Assembly (NCBI GenBank): GCA_000320545.1
Contig: ADNK01002664.1
Coordinates: 1-64,000, forward strand
DNA: 64,000 nucleotides
Source: Bigelowiella natans CCMP2755
Taxonomy: Eukaryota > Protista > Cercozoa
Reading direction: 5' to 3'
A model generated the notes under the pieces. It did no database searches, had not been told where the DNA came from, and saw only the letters and a program-made list of their open reading frames with translations. The position numbers and the translations under genes were made by a program. Below, one piece after another: positions 1 through 13,445 of this stretch. Numbering within the stretch: the first letter of the stretch is position 1; each line of letters begins with the position of its first letter.

Positions 1-215
1 TTTTTAAAAAAACAAATTTCTCCGGGGTTTTGGGTTGGTGGGCCCGTTACTCATTTTAGCCACTTTGTTTATTCCATTAAGAAAAAAGTGTATTCTTAAA
101 GCCCTTCCCACCAATAACAAGGGGGGTAAATCCCGGGAATTTTATATTTCCTTCCGATTTGTTGGGTTCTTCTCCCCGGTTCAAAAATTTTTTTTTTAGA
201 GGGGTGAAATCCCCC

Positions 216-246
<31 letters not shown>

Positions 247-287
247 ACATACACATACACACGCGCATTTATATGTTTTTAACATAG

Positions 288-475
288 GCGAAGTGGCAGA
301 GACCGTGACTCCCGGCGGAGGTAGTAGTATTCCACACACAAATATAAAATGCAATATCCCTAATAATTACGTTGTTCATTTTCTCATCATTATTTACTAC
401 TTGATTGGGGCCAATAGAGATGATGATCGTGGACGCCGACGTCGAAGCGAAAGCAGCGAAAGGTTCGGTCATTAG
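288..475 (+). CDS. 3' end (last two visible exons) of an Arg/Ser/Asp-rich protein; 5' part lies outside the window or in low-quality sequence
   Basis: tag|G CGA AGT GGC AGA GAC CGT GAC TCC CGG CGG AG|gtagta ... tag|A GAT GAT GAT CGT... splices in frame to RSGRDRDSRRRDDDRGRRRRSESSERFGH*, an RS/RD-type low-complexity tail. Confidence 0.5.
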
Positions 476-1588
476 TATAACAAGTTCATGCAAAGAAGAA
501 ATTTGAGGAAAGAGAGAGGTATAATATATCTTTCTAACAACTAATGCGAAAATGCGCGTGCAGCAGCGACCGTGGGCGCCGTCGCAGCAACAGCAGGGAC
601 AGTAGGGACAGGTAATTTATTATAAGTATCGTTGTCATCACCATTATCCTCACTACTACCACCATCATCATCATCATTATCATCTTTGTCATTGGTAGGA
701 GGAGACTCATACGTTAGGGGAAATTCCGTCATCTTGTTTCCGCTCGTATCAGACAAACTATGTTTCTCATGCTAAGTTCTTATGGCCATAAAAATGCAGT
801 TTTTCCCGTTGAGAACACGTTCGTTCAAAAAGATGTGTAAGTCTTTCCCACAACCCAGTTTCTAGCTAGCTAGCTTTGCGCGTTGCGCTACGCGGCTTCT
901 GTGACCTAGCGATGACAGACATTGTGTCTCTCATGCGTGCACTAGCTGCCGTCAAGCACATGAGTGGCACATGCATCCACCATTTCGATCGCTGCTCGAA
1001 ATCGGGATGATAGACATGCAATATGATATATATATGTATATATATATATATATATATACCATATTGCTGTGTCTACTATCGGGGTTCATGTACGTGTGGT
1101 TGGTGCAAACTCGCATTGCGAGGTTCAAATGTACCAATATAAAACAGCAATCAGACTGTCACGCAGTGAAATGACGATGAATTCGAACAGCCCATTGGCC
1201 TGCTGCTACGCACACACGGCTACATGACCAAGACATTCAAACAATTTAATTTGATTCTTTACATCCGTCATACGTACGCACGCACTGCTTGTAATGTGCG
1301 GGCAATACTGCTGCGAACTGCGCGATGCACGCACGCACCCTAAGTTAAGACCCGTGGAACGTTTATATGAGAGTGGAATTATGTTGTTTTGGTGCATATA
1401 TATGCATCAATAAATGAAAGATCACATGCACATGAAAATAAAAGTACATATGAAGGCATTGGTGCACATGTCTATTATGTGTTTACGCGTGGACATGCAT
1501 AATCTAGATAATGGACATCATGTCTCTCATTGTTCGATCCGCGTGGCAAGTGCGGGTGGATCGACGGAGACCAACAGAGCCATGACAT

Positions 1589-2936
1589 CTAATCTGGATT
1601 CTGCACATCATCAGTGTCCACAGGCTTATCTCTGTGCTCTGGCTGCTGAGCATTGGATTGCTTGGCGGGAACATCAGACAGCTTGGGATCAGCCTTAGCG
1701 TTCTGACTTCGCGCTAATCCCGCTCTTAGCTTTTCCCTCTCGCGTCGCATCTCACGTAAACGATCATCAATTCGTTTTGCATACATCTTTTCGGCTTTTT
1801 CTAGGGCCGTTTGAGCGGTGTTGGGGTTGCCCTTGGCATCCTTCCCTCTCTTCATGCGGAAATAGACTTGAGTTTCCGCTTTCCGACGATTTTTCTTCCA
1901 ATGCAATTTCGCCTTGTCTTTGTTGATAAAATGTGGTATGTCATGGCTCATCGAGTAACACTCAAACCATTTGTTGTTCGGATCGTAAGATTCTGATATT
2001 GGTAGACCCTTCATCATGATAAAATCTCCCTGACTGAAGATGATGTCCATGTGCAGCCATTCATACACATTGGGCTCAACTGATGCTGACTTTTTCTGTT
2101 TTCCCACTTCATCTTTTCCCTTTGCACCTTCACTTCCTTTGTTTCCAGACTTTACATCGAAGTGGATATACCAGTTACACTGGTCTCTGACATCGTACAT
2201 GAGAGATACTCCTGGATGCCAGCCAGACTCGAATTTATCCACCGTTTCTGTCGTTAGATTGAGGGTAAGAGAAAATTAAGCTTAGACATGTTCGCATGGA
2301 ATGGTCACCTGCGAATTTGATTTTGGCATCCCACTGTCGTGCCCATGCAGCTTCAGCCATTCTTTCGGTTTTCAATTCGATTTCATCGAGCTCACTATCA
2401 GTGAAATTCCGGCAGCGCTTACACCTGTACTCTACTTTCTTCCAGTCGAACTCCGAAGAGGTTGGGCTGCTATATTGCACTCCCGGGTTCCAGAAACAGT
2501 TAAATCCACCATTACAATCATTTATGTAACATTGGAACCACTGATTGTTCGGATCGTAGTCGTCTAATGGTGGAAGCCCCCCGGAACATGACAAAGTCAC
2601 CAACGTTCCACAACTCCTTGCTCCTTTTCTCATCCATGTGCTGATCAAATCTCACGTACCATAAACGAGCAAAATAATCATCATCGCCATAGAACATGTC
2701 AACACCCTGCCTCCAGTCGATGCATAACTCCTTCGTGCCCACACGCTCCGTCGAGGAGGTCACGCCCATTGGTGTAGTCCACCGTACTCTAGGATCTCCT
2801 CCAACCAGTGTAACCGATTGAAACGCCTAGTAATAATGCAATTCGCGTGACAAAAAATACTCGGATGTTTCACCAAACAAATCTGGTATTCTCCGGAGAG
2901 TCTCTCCACAAAAACGAGGCAACTGTGCTCAAGCAT
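1589..2936 (-). pseudogene. Unknown protein with two copies of an uncharacterised domain plus a C-terminal coiled coil; one frameshift (pseudogene or sequencing error)
   Basis: Repeat 1 WRQGVDMFY..WYVRFD..VGDFVMFRG/LPPLDDYDPNNQWFQCY; repeat 2 WHPGVSLMY..WYIHFD..QGDFIMMKGLPISESYDPNNKWFECY. GT-AG intron 2248-2308 joins KFA-E-TVDKF in frame. An extra base in the C6 run at 2577-2582 breaks repeat 1. The 5' exon (MLEHSCLVFVERLSGEYQICL) is tentative. Confidence 0.65.
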
Positions 2937-3609
2937 CAAACGAGGGGAGCGTTCATGCAAGTGAGGTGCAGCCACAATGGGATGGGAAGTCGGAAAATGA
3001 TCATGCTGCATGCCACCGCAAACTCGTCGAGAAGGAAGCAATGAATCAATGCGTGCGGCTGCAAGCTGCCATTGGGCTGAGCTGCCATTGGGCTGATGCG
3101 GACATGCGTGGGATCATCAATTGATGCGTGAGCAATGTGACACTCACGCGTGTGGCCGCATTGCATTCCAGCATTGTTTGTGATCACGTGATGGAAGTGT
3201 TTGCCGATTTGAATTGGCAGAGTCAATTGGCGCTGTGGCAGTTGCCACGATGACAGCTAGACAATGCTGTGGCAGCAGCGTGCGTGGTGCTTGATGTGAT
3301 GACACGTGATGCAATCTGCTGCTAGACGGCATGTGCACACGATTGGTGATGCAGCACACTGTGACAACACTGCGATGCCACACGTTGAAGCTCATGAACA
3401 TGCATGCCACCCAGCATGGCACCTGTGTGTGCCACAGCCAGACGCTCGCAGTGCTTGCAAGATCGATGATGATGATGCCGGTCTAGAGTCTAGCGGTCTC
3501 ATCAACCTTGATGATGTTCATCGCAGGCGTGTTGCATGGGCCGCACAGCATGCATTGTTGGTCAAAAACAAGTTGCCTGCGTCCAATCCCCCTTCATTTC
3601 TTGTGCCGC
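2889..3609. other. TpA-depleted domain A
   Basis: 721 bp with only 4 TA dinucleotides, all in CTAG (3257, 3322, 3483, 3490); TG/CA strongly enriched; CpG retained. Confidence 0.95.
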
Positions 3610-3765
3610 TACGTGCACCACAACGGTTCAAAGATGGAGGCGTACACGTGATGCCGTGCAAAGCATCATGAACGCTTGAATGTCCGAATTGGGATATTTG
3701 ATCACATCACAAACTAGAGTAATCCAGCCACATGTAGCTAATGCTCACCAATTATTCTAGTGACG

Positions 3766-4887
3766 CTAATCAAAATCGTCGCTTTCATATTCTAGATCAT
3801 CATCGTCGTCAGGAATTTTTAATGTGTCCTTCTCGTTACCGTCACCACTCCCACTACTTTTAGCCTTTGGTGTAACTGCCACACTAGTCTTCGTATCCTT
3901 CTCGGAAGAGATGACCTTTTTATTACCTTTTGCATTTAAATCATCAGCATCACCACCTTCTGGAACCAAGTCATCGTCGCCGTCATCGTCATAATCATCA
4001 TCATCATAGTCGTCGTCAGCAGCCTCGTTGCTATTGCCTGTAATAGTAGTTGATGGTAAGTCGTGATGGAGGCTATTGTGCACTTTACTGCAATGCTCAC
4101 TATTCGGTCTCACAAAATTATGTTTGTTTATTATAAGGGTAGTCTAGAATGAAAGACCATTTTGCATTGAAGTGGTGTCCTCCTTCTTCTCTGGTTGCTT
4201 TGTTGTTAAAGTTGTCTTTCCGTCCACAGCATCGTTTGTCACATCATTGTTATCATCGTCGTCCTCATAATCATCATCATAATCATCGTCGTCCTCATCG
4301 CCGTTCGATGCGTGATGGGTTTCTTGCTGTATATAATATAAAAATGGTAATACATTTCAGGGTATGTGCTATTACTACTGCTCTAGTTTTTTTTGTTCGT
4401 GGTTTGTTTTTCTGTGCCCTTTCGGTCATTCGCAAATTTCGTGATAATATAGAGCTGCGACACACTAACCACCTTCTTTTCCACTGCTTTTTCTTGGGCG
4501 GGATTTACTTGCTCCTCTTCTTGCTTATTTAGATTTGGCTTATTTGTCTGGCTAACTTCCTTGTTTGTTTGGGACTCATCGTGATCATAATCGTCGTCAT
4601 CATCATAATCATCCTCTTCCTCTTCGTTGTCAGCTTTCTTATTTTCCTGTCCCTGATTCTGCTGCTGGGCTGCCTCTGGTCTGATCTCTTTATCGCCAAG
4701 CACTTTCTGGGTGGATTTTCCAGCACTTTCTTTGACCACACGGAATGATGATGACGGTGATGAGGAGGAGGAAGGAGAGGACGATGGAGGGTTGTTTGTG
4801 CCATCTGCTGTAATTTCAATAATATTAATTTTGCATACATTAAGAAAACGCACAGAGATAAATATATATGAGTCAACACGCACACAC

Positions 4888-4926
<39 letters not shown>

Positions 4927-4928
4927 TG

Positions 4929-4972
<44 letters not shown>

Positions 4973-5829
4973 TCAGAATATTCATTAGATGCTATTATTA
5001 CCACACCTCTAGCCTCTCTTGTTCAAAATGACTTATTTTAGTTTACCTAAAAGGCTACTACCTTTCTTCTTCCTCTTACTTCCGACTAAATGCGAGCTGC
5101 TATTGGTGGTGCCTTCTATAAGACAATCACATAAAGAGCATATTCTTGGGTCTGTTGAACTAGCAATATGCGTGCCGCACATACGTGCCGGGCAGGAAAT
5201 CTTTCCTATGGATGATTATGTTCGAAGACAACAAAAAAACAGAAACTATTTCGGAAGTTTGTTCAACATATCACCACCATCGTACCAAAATGTAACAACC
5301 AAGGGCCATGGGCATTTAGGTGTATGTGCGCGCGGGGGTGCTGCAACAGCACAAGGCACTGCAGACTATTACCTTCAATCATCTTGGCGGCCTCAAAAGC
5401 AGACTCGAATCCGCAGCGCACGCACTCAAACAAGAATGCCCCACCCTCCGTCGTTTTTTGAAATTTATGCTTGCTGCCCATAGTTGCTGGGCAGTACATG
5501 TGCTTTTCCGCCTCTTCAACCTCCTTCGTAGGAGGCCCAATAGGATTTCCATTAGCTGGAATACCATCCTCCTGTTTTTCTTCCTGCATCGACGATGAAT
5601 CCTGGTTCTCGTTTCTGCTATTCTTTGTAGCGGAAGAAGCACTACTATTGCTTCCTTCCTCTATTTTACTACTTCTATTAATTTTTGCATCTTCGCCAGT
5701 CTTGGAACTAGCTTTGTTCTGGCTCTCTAAACGGCCACATAAGGTGCATTTGCCCTCAGCGTACTGGTGAGGAGCTCCCATCGTCATCTGAAAAGGAGAA
5801 GGAAATGGAGAAATGCTAGAATGGCAAAC

Positions 5830-5871
<42 letters not shown>

Positions 5872-6767
5872 CTATCGTTAGGCATCAAGAGAATCATGTT
5901 AATGGAGTACTAACTAGATGTTGTAATCGAGCAAGGGGAGGAAATACGACTAAATACGTGGACACTATCATCACCCTATACTAATTTTATTTTAAACAAC
6001 CGAGCAGTAGAGCGCATCTATCTGTTCGTCGGTCAAATCGGGTAGGTCTTCTGTTAAATATTGTCATAGTCCAGATCTTACGGCAACTACAAAGATTCTC
6101 AAGAGACACGATAGATGATCGAGCGATGAGATAACATATGACAATTTGCTAGTCAACTGTGTTGATACTATGGGAAAGCGAACATGGGTCCTGATGGGTT
6201 CATGGCTTATTTTTGTGTACATATGAATAACTACAAACCTCGCCATTCACTCTCTCTCTCTCATAGATACGCGGAAATTTCAAATAAAGTAAAATGTACA
6301 TGTTTTTACCATCTTCATCATCGCTGCTACTATTATCATCGCCTTCACTCGCTGAGTAGCTCTCAGTGTCAGACTGCTGCTGAGACGCTTCTTGCAATGT
6401 ATGTTTAGATGCTTCTCCTATGGCATCCTCTGGACTTCCAACAGCATCAGAAGTAAAGGATACGCCAGTAACCTTTTTACTTTTTTCTGTCTGAGCAGAA
6501 TCTCCCTCGTTTTTCTCTTTGGGGTCATTAATCGTACGATTAGCAGCATTCTTCGTTGCCGACGGGGCTGGAGTGGGCGGGGATGGATCGAGGTCGTTTT
6601 CCTCCTCTTTCTTCTCCTTCCCGCTGTTTTTTTCATTACGAATGAACAACTGATCGGCACGATGTGTCTGCTGTTTGAGGTTCTCCTTAACCTCCATCGT
6701 TTCCTGTGATGAGATTCATGTAGAGATGGATTAGCGGAGCGATGAATCATAGTATTTCATAGATTCG

Positions 6768-6806
<39 letters not shown>

Positions 6807-7389
6807 TATTATATATATATTATATTGATGCCCCACACATGTATATTGTATGTACATGAGCGCATGTAAGACGTAAAGCATGCATTCATTAGGGAACCTT
6901 CTTGGCAGCAGCTAGTTCTTGTTGCAGCTTCTTTATCACAGCTGCTGTTTGTTGTCGCGAATAAGTAACACATAATAACAACTTTACGGGTTGAACATCC
7001 CAAGCACACACCTTTGCTGTCGTCAGAAGGACTATTCTTGTTCCTTTTGTTGCTTCTTTTCACGATGATACCGCCCTTTCTCGTCGCCGAAATAGCGGCA
7101 TTGTTACCACCCTTTTTCTTTTCTCCAGCAGACTAAATGTAGACAAAATGTAAGATGCTGCAAGATCAAGTGGCATCATTCTTTCGAGTGACGTTCTCCT
7201 TGCATAGCATAGTCTAATTGTCATCATCATTATTATTATTATCACCATTAGTAGTAGTGGTGGTGGCAGTTAACAGGCACCGTTTTGAGACGGGAAGAAA
7301 GCTCAGCGTTGGCCTTCTCTAATGCTTCTACCCTTTTCTTTAGGTTTGTAGCCATTGAAGTGCGAGTCGCCAGTTTCTAGTTGGTGTAT

Positions 7390-7432
<43 letters not shown>

Positions 7433-7997
7433 ACACACACACATATATTGCACATAGCATACTATTTTTCGAGTGAAGCTTGTGCATGCTGGAATGGAAA
7501 GCAACCTTTGACAGCATTTGCTCCGAGATTTTAGATTTCTGTAGATCTCGCATCGTTTGTGAAAGCTGCAAGAAATGCAAATAGCCTCTCAGTGGTAGGT
7601 GGATGGCATTAAATGAGGTGTATATTGCAAAATTTCAGCGTATCGTCGTAGCGGCGGTAACCTTGTTGCTCTGAGCTTTCATGCTTCGCTTTAACTGAGA
7701 TACCTATTTCATATTACATCAGTAACGCAAACCTATCAACATGAGCACGCAACACACGACGCACAGTTTCAAATGCTAATTCCATTACATATTGGCAGTG
7801 ATGTCTCTCCTTGCGTTTCGTTGTATTGTAATAGGGGAATGAAATAGACTACCTTCTTCGAAGACTGACCAGAGGTTTTCGAGGAATTCTTAGTGGCAGC
7901 CAACAAACCTGCTACGTCTATCTCTTCTCCAGTCGCCGTTTCGTTTTTCTAATTACATTGTTTCAAAGAGGATGAATCAAGATGATAACTGGGATTA

Positions 7998-8041
<44 letters not shown>

Positions 8042-8046
8042 TATAC

Positions 8047-8089
<43 letters not shown>

Positions 8090-8184
8090 TTCACAGCGGT
8101 AAACAAATCGCGCAAATATCTGAGAGGCTCTGACCACGACTTCCGTGAGTTGGCGTATCTTCTCCTCGGCTCTTCGCAGTTGCT

Positions 8185-8218
<34 letters not shown>

Positions 8219-8605
8219 TTATTATATATAAAAACTATATTTATTCAGTGTATGTGTGTGTGCATCATCGTATGGTACAAACAAATAAAAAAACATACAA
8301 CGGGCGAATCAACGAACACACCAATTATAGACACGCAAAAACCTCTTACACTCTTCCTTAAAAATCACCTGCCGAAGACTGGATATCTCCATTACCATCC
8401 CTATAAATGACAAACATTGATGAGAATCTCTAATTCAGTAAAGGAGTGATAATGAATAGTAGAGTGTTTGACAACAAGATGATGCAACTACACCTTTTTG
8501 GCTGGAGGAATAGTTTTCGGAGCGTTTCTAATAAATCCCAAAAATTTAAATCGATGGTGTTTAATAATAGATACAATAAACCAATACACACGCACACACA
8601 TATCA

Positions 8606-8644
<39 letters not shown>

Positions 8645-9749
8645 GTGTGTTTGCATAAATCCTCAGTACCTCTTTCCATACATCTATATTTTACATGATT
8701 TGTAACATGGTAGAGTATCATGTTTCTAAAAAACCTTCATATTGGAGAGGCTTTTGAGTTTTTTCTGATGTAGCAATAAAAGAGTCTTCGTCGTCTCGAA
8801 GTCTTTTTCCTTTTGCACCAGTCGCTTGCGAAGATTGCTGTTAAATCGCAAGATTGCCGGTGTAAGCAACATTTGACAGTTGTGAATGAAATTCGGGATT
8901 GGGAATATGTATAATGCACTCATGGACACTTGCTTTCGGTGCCTAATGAGATTACAAGGAGGAAGAAGACCTGTTTTCCTTCAGGGCGTTGTTCATTCGC
9001 GTTTCAACCTCATAAAATCTTGAGAATTGGACCTGGAAGTAGTAGTAGATGGATACATCTTTGTTAATAAGCACTCATGTACCTTCGTTGATCCACGGAA
9101 TCTACAAACCAACACTACTGCTATCACTACCGCTACTATTACTACTACAGGTACCTTGTTCTTTACTAGAGCTAATTCCTCCTCTTTTTCCATAAGCTCT
9201 TGCTGCATGGTGCCTAATGCTTGCTGCAGACTATGCGTCATTGCACGGCCTAATAGAGGAGGGTAAATACAGCACAAATACCATTACCTCGTCTCCTAAA
9301 ATTTCGCAGGAAATCTCCCTTTTCCGGCAATTTATGTAAATAAGTAATGAGCACGCAAGAAAGATATTACTGGTTTGGAGATGTGTGAGTTGAGCTAGGG
9401 ATTCACCGTCTCCGATGCCTTGATTTAGTACACATCACGAAAAACATTAACTTTTATTTCATAACACCATTGCCAACGGTTTTGTGTGTGCGCATGAGGG
9501 TTGACCCCTTGTGTGAATGTGTGTTGAAACTCCTCTTTGGAGACAACAGGTGCTGCACCTTTCATATGATCCAAAAGCTCCGATATCGTCCTTTCTTTCT
9601 TCCCACCCATCCTCGTCAGACGACGGCACTATTACCACAATCACCAAACGTTACAATATAATAAGTACTCATCCCGATCTCACGAGAAGGGGGGTTTCAA
9701 AGAGAGAATAAAACAGCATCATAGCACACACGCTCACGCACACATACGA

Positions 9750-9786
<37 letters not shown>

Positions 9787-10932
9787 CAAGTATCACACTT
9801 ATACAAATAAATCGTCTAGTGTGCATACGTGTGTGTTTGTGTGGTGGTGTGTATGTGTGTGTGTGTGTGTGTGTTTAGATACTTTGACAGTGAGCAAGTC
9901 ATTTTGCTTCTCCAGCTTCCCAATTTGTTTCTTTGCCTGGATAAAACAACAACATCGCTCAAATTTTATCGTATAATATTGTTGATGATACTCAAATAGG
10001 AATAAGTAAAAGAACGAAGTTCTGCGGGTGAATCCCCAAGTAATCTGTTACGCAACGGTATGTTTGTGCGTGTGCGCGCGAGCGATAATTGTCTACGGTA
10101 TTCTCCAATTATCGTAGAAATTGCATTTGTTGCATATTTAAACATATATAGCTTGTACTCCTCCTTTCATGTGGTCAAAAGGTAAAAAGAATATTGCTGC
10201 TTGATGAACATCCACCTCATGCAAACGATGTCTCAGCTCCTCAGCGTCTATCAGACTAGAAGAGCCCCCTGTGAAAAGGGAAACAAATCCCAAAATATGA
10301 GCATGTGGTGTGTCATGGGGTGAGAGGTGCGTTCCATTTCGAGGAGAAATCAAACTAATGGGGGAAATGATGGCACAGATTTAGAATATACTGCTACTGT
10401 TGCTGCTACTTCACCTCTTATTTTTGATTTTTTGGAACGAAACGATTTGAGGAACTTTTTCGATGCTGCAACCCGGTTACTACCGCCCCCCTTTTTCTTT
10501 CTCTGTGGAGAATAATTTAATCTCAATAAATGCTGTTGAAATTGTAAGACTGCGCGCAAATCACCGAAAATCGACTCTTTAACAATAGGTGGGGGCTCAT
10601 TCAACAGGTTTCTATTCTAACACGATGCAGGTTTGTTCAGAAGAAAATACATCTTCTTAGAACTTCATCACAGCATTTTGATGTATTGTGATTTGGTTTA
10701 ATTTCTTCGACTATATTATATATCATTCCTCCCCTTGCCACGTATTCGTCAGTATTTATATTCTCATGTGATCATCGTCAGTTTTCCCACTACTGAAGGT
10801 ACTACTTTTCCTCCTGTGCTTCTACGTCCTGATACAGAACCACTTCCCTGGTCCAACTCCTTTAAATCTATCATATACGCCACATGCAACTTACAAAATG
10901 AATATATTATTACAATACACGCACGCGCATAG

Positions 10933-10977
<45 letters not shown>

Positions 10978-11389
10978 GTTGAGTGGATTTCATATTTTAA
11001 AGTAAATAATAGCGAAACTGATCACCAAGATTAAAGCCCAAGGAAGATTTTCTCTCGCTGCCGTTGGTTCTAAAGTTTCCGTTATTGATGAGGTGCTCCG
11101 CCCATTGATCCTTTGCCAAGCTTAGATAAGAGGAGAGAGTGGGAGAGAGTAACAGGGGTGGAGGAGAGCGTGAATATAAAACAACGAAGGAGAATACAGC
11201 ATGGTAGGAAAATAATTGATACAAAAATAATACTGTCAGCTTACAGTAAGGAAGGAGGGGGGTGAATTCAGGCCTCATGAATGTACAGAACGGAACGTAC
11301 CTAGTTCCAAAGCTCGCACTTGCCATGTTGTCATCTTTCTTCATTGTCTCCTCATTCTTCCTTGTTGCAACCGTGATAGTTGGCTTCAT
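3766..11389 (-). CDS. Large multi-exon protein: coiled-coil middle, two C-x7-H...C-x2-C zinc-finger-like motifs, acidic low-complexity C-terminus
   Basis: In-frame exon chain, e.g. LQQALGTMQQELMEKEEELALVKNK | VQFSRFYEVETRMNNALKEN ... KLATRTSMATNLKKRVEALEKANAELSSRLKT | SAGEKKKGG.. | AAVIKKLQQELAAAKK | ETMEVKENLK.. | EDLPDLTDEQIDALYCS | MTMGAPHQYAEGKCTLCG..; ends ESDDFD* at 3766. Start codon and some exon borders are uncertain. Confidence 0.7.
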
Positions 11390-11974
11390 ATTTCCTTTCT
11401 TAATCAGTCGACACTACAACCTCAACGTGCCCCCCCCCTCTCTGATCGAGAGAGTGGCTGGCGAGAGGCAGGAGGAGAGACTTTGTAGAGGACGTTTCGC
11501 CAGCCGTTATCCAAAGAGTTACCGTCGTATTTCCTAATTAAATACAAATGCAGGCGATTTTGTACATGTTATCATCTTTTCGCGGAAATATCGCAAAAAT
11601 GCACCTAAGACATCTCAGGAATTCTTACATGCCCCCCGTGCAAGACAAGGTGGATATTTCTCCATTGAATTATGGACCAAAAGCAACATCAGCAGCATCC
11701 TACACATTCTCAGAATATATGCTTGGAAATTGTTGAAATGTTTGAACACAATTCAGATATTTTATGGTAAAAAAAGGTGTCCAAAATCGATGCCCAATCC
11801 ATCTACCTATCTACCTATCTTTCGATGCCTCACAAACCCCACCCCAATCTGACAGCAATTCCCCGCTACATTCAACATTGAAGGAGGAAAACCGGACTGA
11901 CCTTCCTCCTCCCCCCTCCCTCCTATCTCCCTCTTCCCTTTCCTCCTGATCCCCTTGGATGCTGCTCCATTGAC

Positions 11975-13402
11975 ATGCGTATTCCTCACCATCGGCCTCG
12001 AACTACTACTGCCATCGGCCTTACCCTTCTTGTGGCGCTGTGCGTGTCTCTAGGAATCGAGCAATGGAGAGTGGCAGGTGATGGTGAAACAGGCTGTTTA
12101 TCGAGAAAAAGATGTTGTTGTGGCTGTTGACCAAATCTATCGTTGCATACTGATAATTTGCGTATTTGCAGGGAGGACGTTCCGGCTGGGCGAACAATTA
12201 CATTCCATCAATAAGAGGGGGGGGAAGGAGGAGACAACTTGTTGGCGACTGAAGAAGTACTGTGCGTTAGGAGTGAGTGGGATGTTGTTATAACAAATGC
12301 TTCCGGTGGCAGCAGTTATCTACAAACTAACATGGGGAATTGCTTTACGGGGGAGAGAGACTGAGACGATCTTAGCACACGCATGTTCTTTCTTTCTTTT
12401 CAGAGGACAAGGGATCATCTTGAGGGGCGGGATGATGACGACACCGGTAAATTTATAGCAGAATGTGCCCCAAAAAATAGCCTAGCCCCTTTCCCCCTTC
12501 CTCCTCCTCCTCCTCCTCCTCCTCGAGCTGCTGTGCCAATGTTTAATTGCTGTGCCCATCAATTGGTGCTCCTTCCCATGGAAATATAGGATGGGCAGAC
12601 CTCATCAAATATAGTTCCTCCTGATGCTAATACAGGATGCCCAGGTACTCGTAATCATAGTAGTGCTAATGATGGTGCAACGTGCTTAAAATAGTAGTAG
12701 TCGTAGTGGTCGTGGTAGTAATAGTAGTGCGACGGTGATAATGTGCTGCCTTTGAAATACCAAACTGTTGTCGATAATATGTACATCTGATATTGGCAAA
12801 GGCGTGTCTTCCTCTGAGGCAGGACGTCAGTCTTCGTGCGAGGGCTGTCCAAATCAGGTAGTATGCGTGTGTGTGTTTAAGCGAACTAAGGGATTAATTT
12901 CTGTAGCTACTGCTGTTGCGCCAATACAATAACATCATCATCATTATCATCATCACCACCATTATCTTTGTAATCACCATCGTTATATATAATCCATGGT
13001 ATTATTCAGTCTAAATGCAAATCGGGGGAGGCTGCTGAAAAACAAGGTAATCAACTGCACTGCTTGTTTGTTAGGTGCTGTGCGTGTGCGGCTATCCTGA
13101 TCATCATCATCATCGTCGTCGTCATTATCCATTCTGCAACTACTTACTGCACAGGACAAGCGTATGCTGTGATTGAAGAGAGAATGAGTGAGGTGAATCA
13201 CACCATTTTGGTGTTGTCTGGAAAGGGAGGTGAGTATCTGCTATTCTTAAGATGATGACGATGATGATGGCGATTGTAACGATGAATGTAAAATGCGCAA
13301 CATCAGTATTTACTTGTGCTATATTTAGGAGTAGGAAAGAGCACCGTGGCTGCATCAATAGCATGGAATCTTGCGCAGAAAGGATTCATGGCAATATACA
13401 CA

Positions 13403-13445
<43 letters not shown>

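Noticed and set aside
1-235. Homopolymer-rich start of the window and ORF 77-268
   Set aside because: Looks like low-quality read-end sequence next to poly-C/(CA)n; no credible coding signal
541-756. Acidic minus-strand ORF (71 aa)
   Set aside because: Non-ATG start, trinucleotide-repeat driven, no recognisable motifs or supported splice chain
3064-3095. 16-bp direct tandem duplication AGCTGCCATTGGGCTG x2
   Set aside because: Only two units with no spacers; a simple slippage duplication, not a CRISPR or satellite array
2889-3609. CpG-methylation decay or classical RIP as the cause of TG/CA enrichment
   Set aside because: CpG is plentiful in the domains, and RIP would raise TpA rather than remove it
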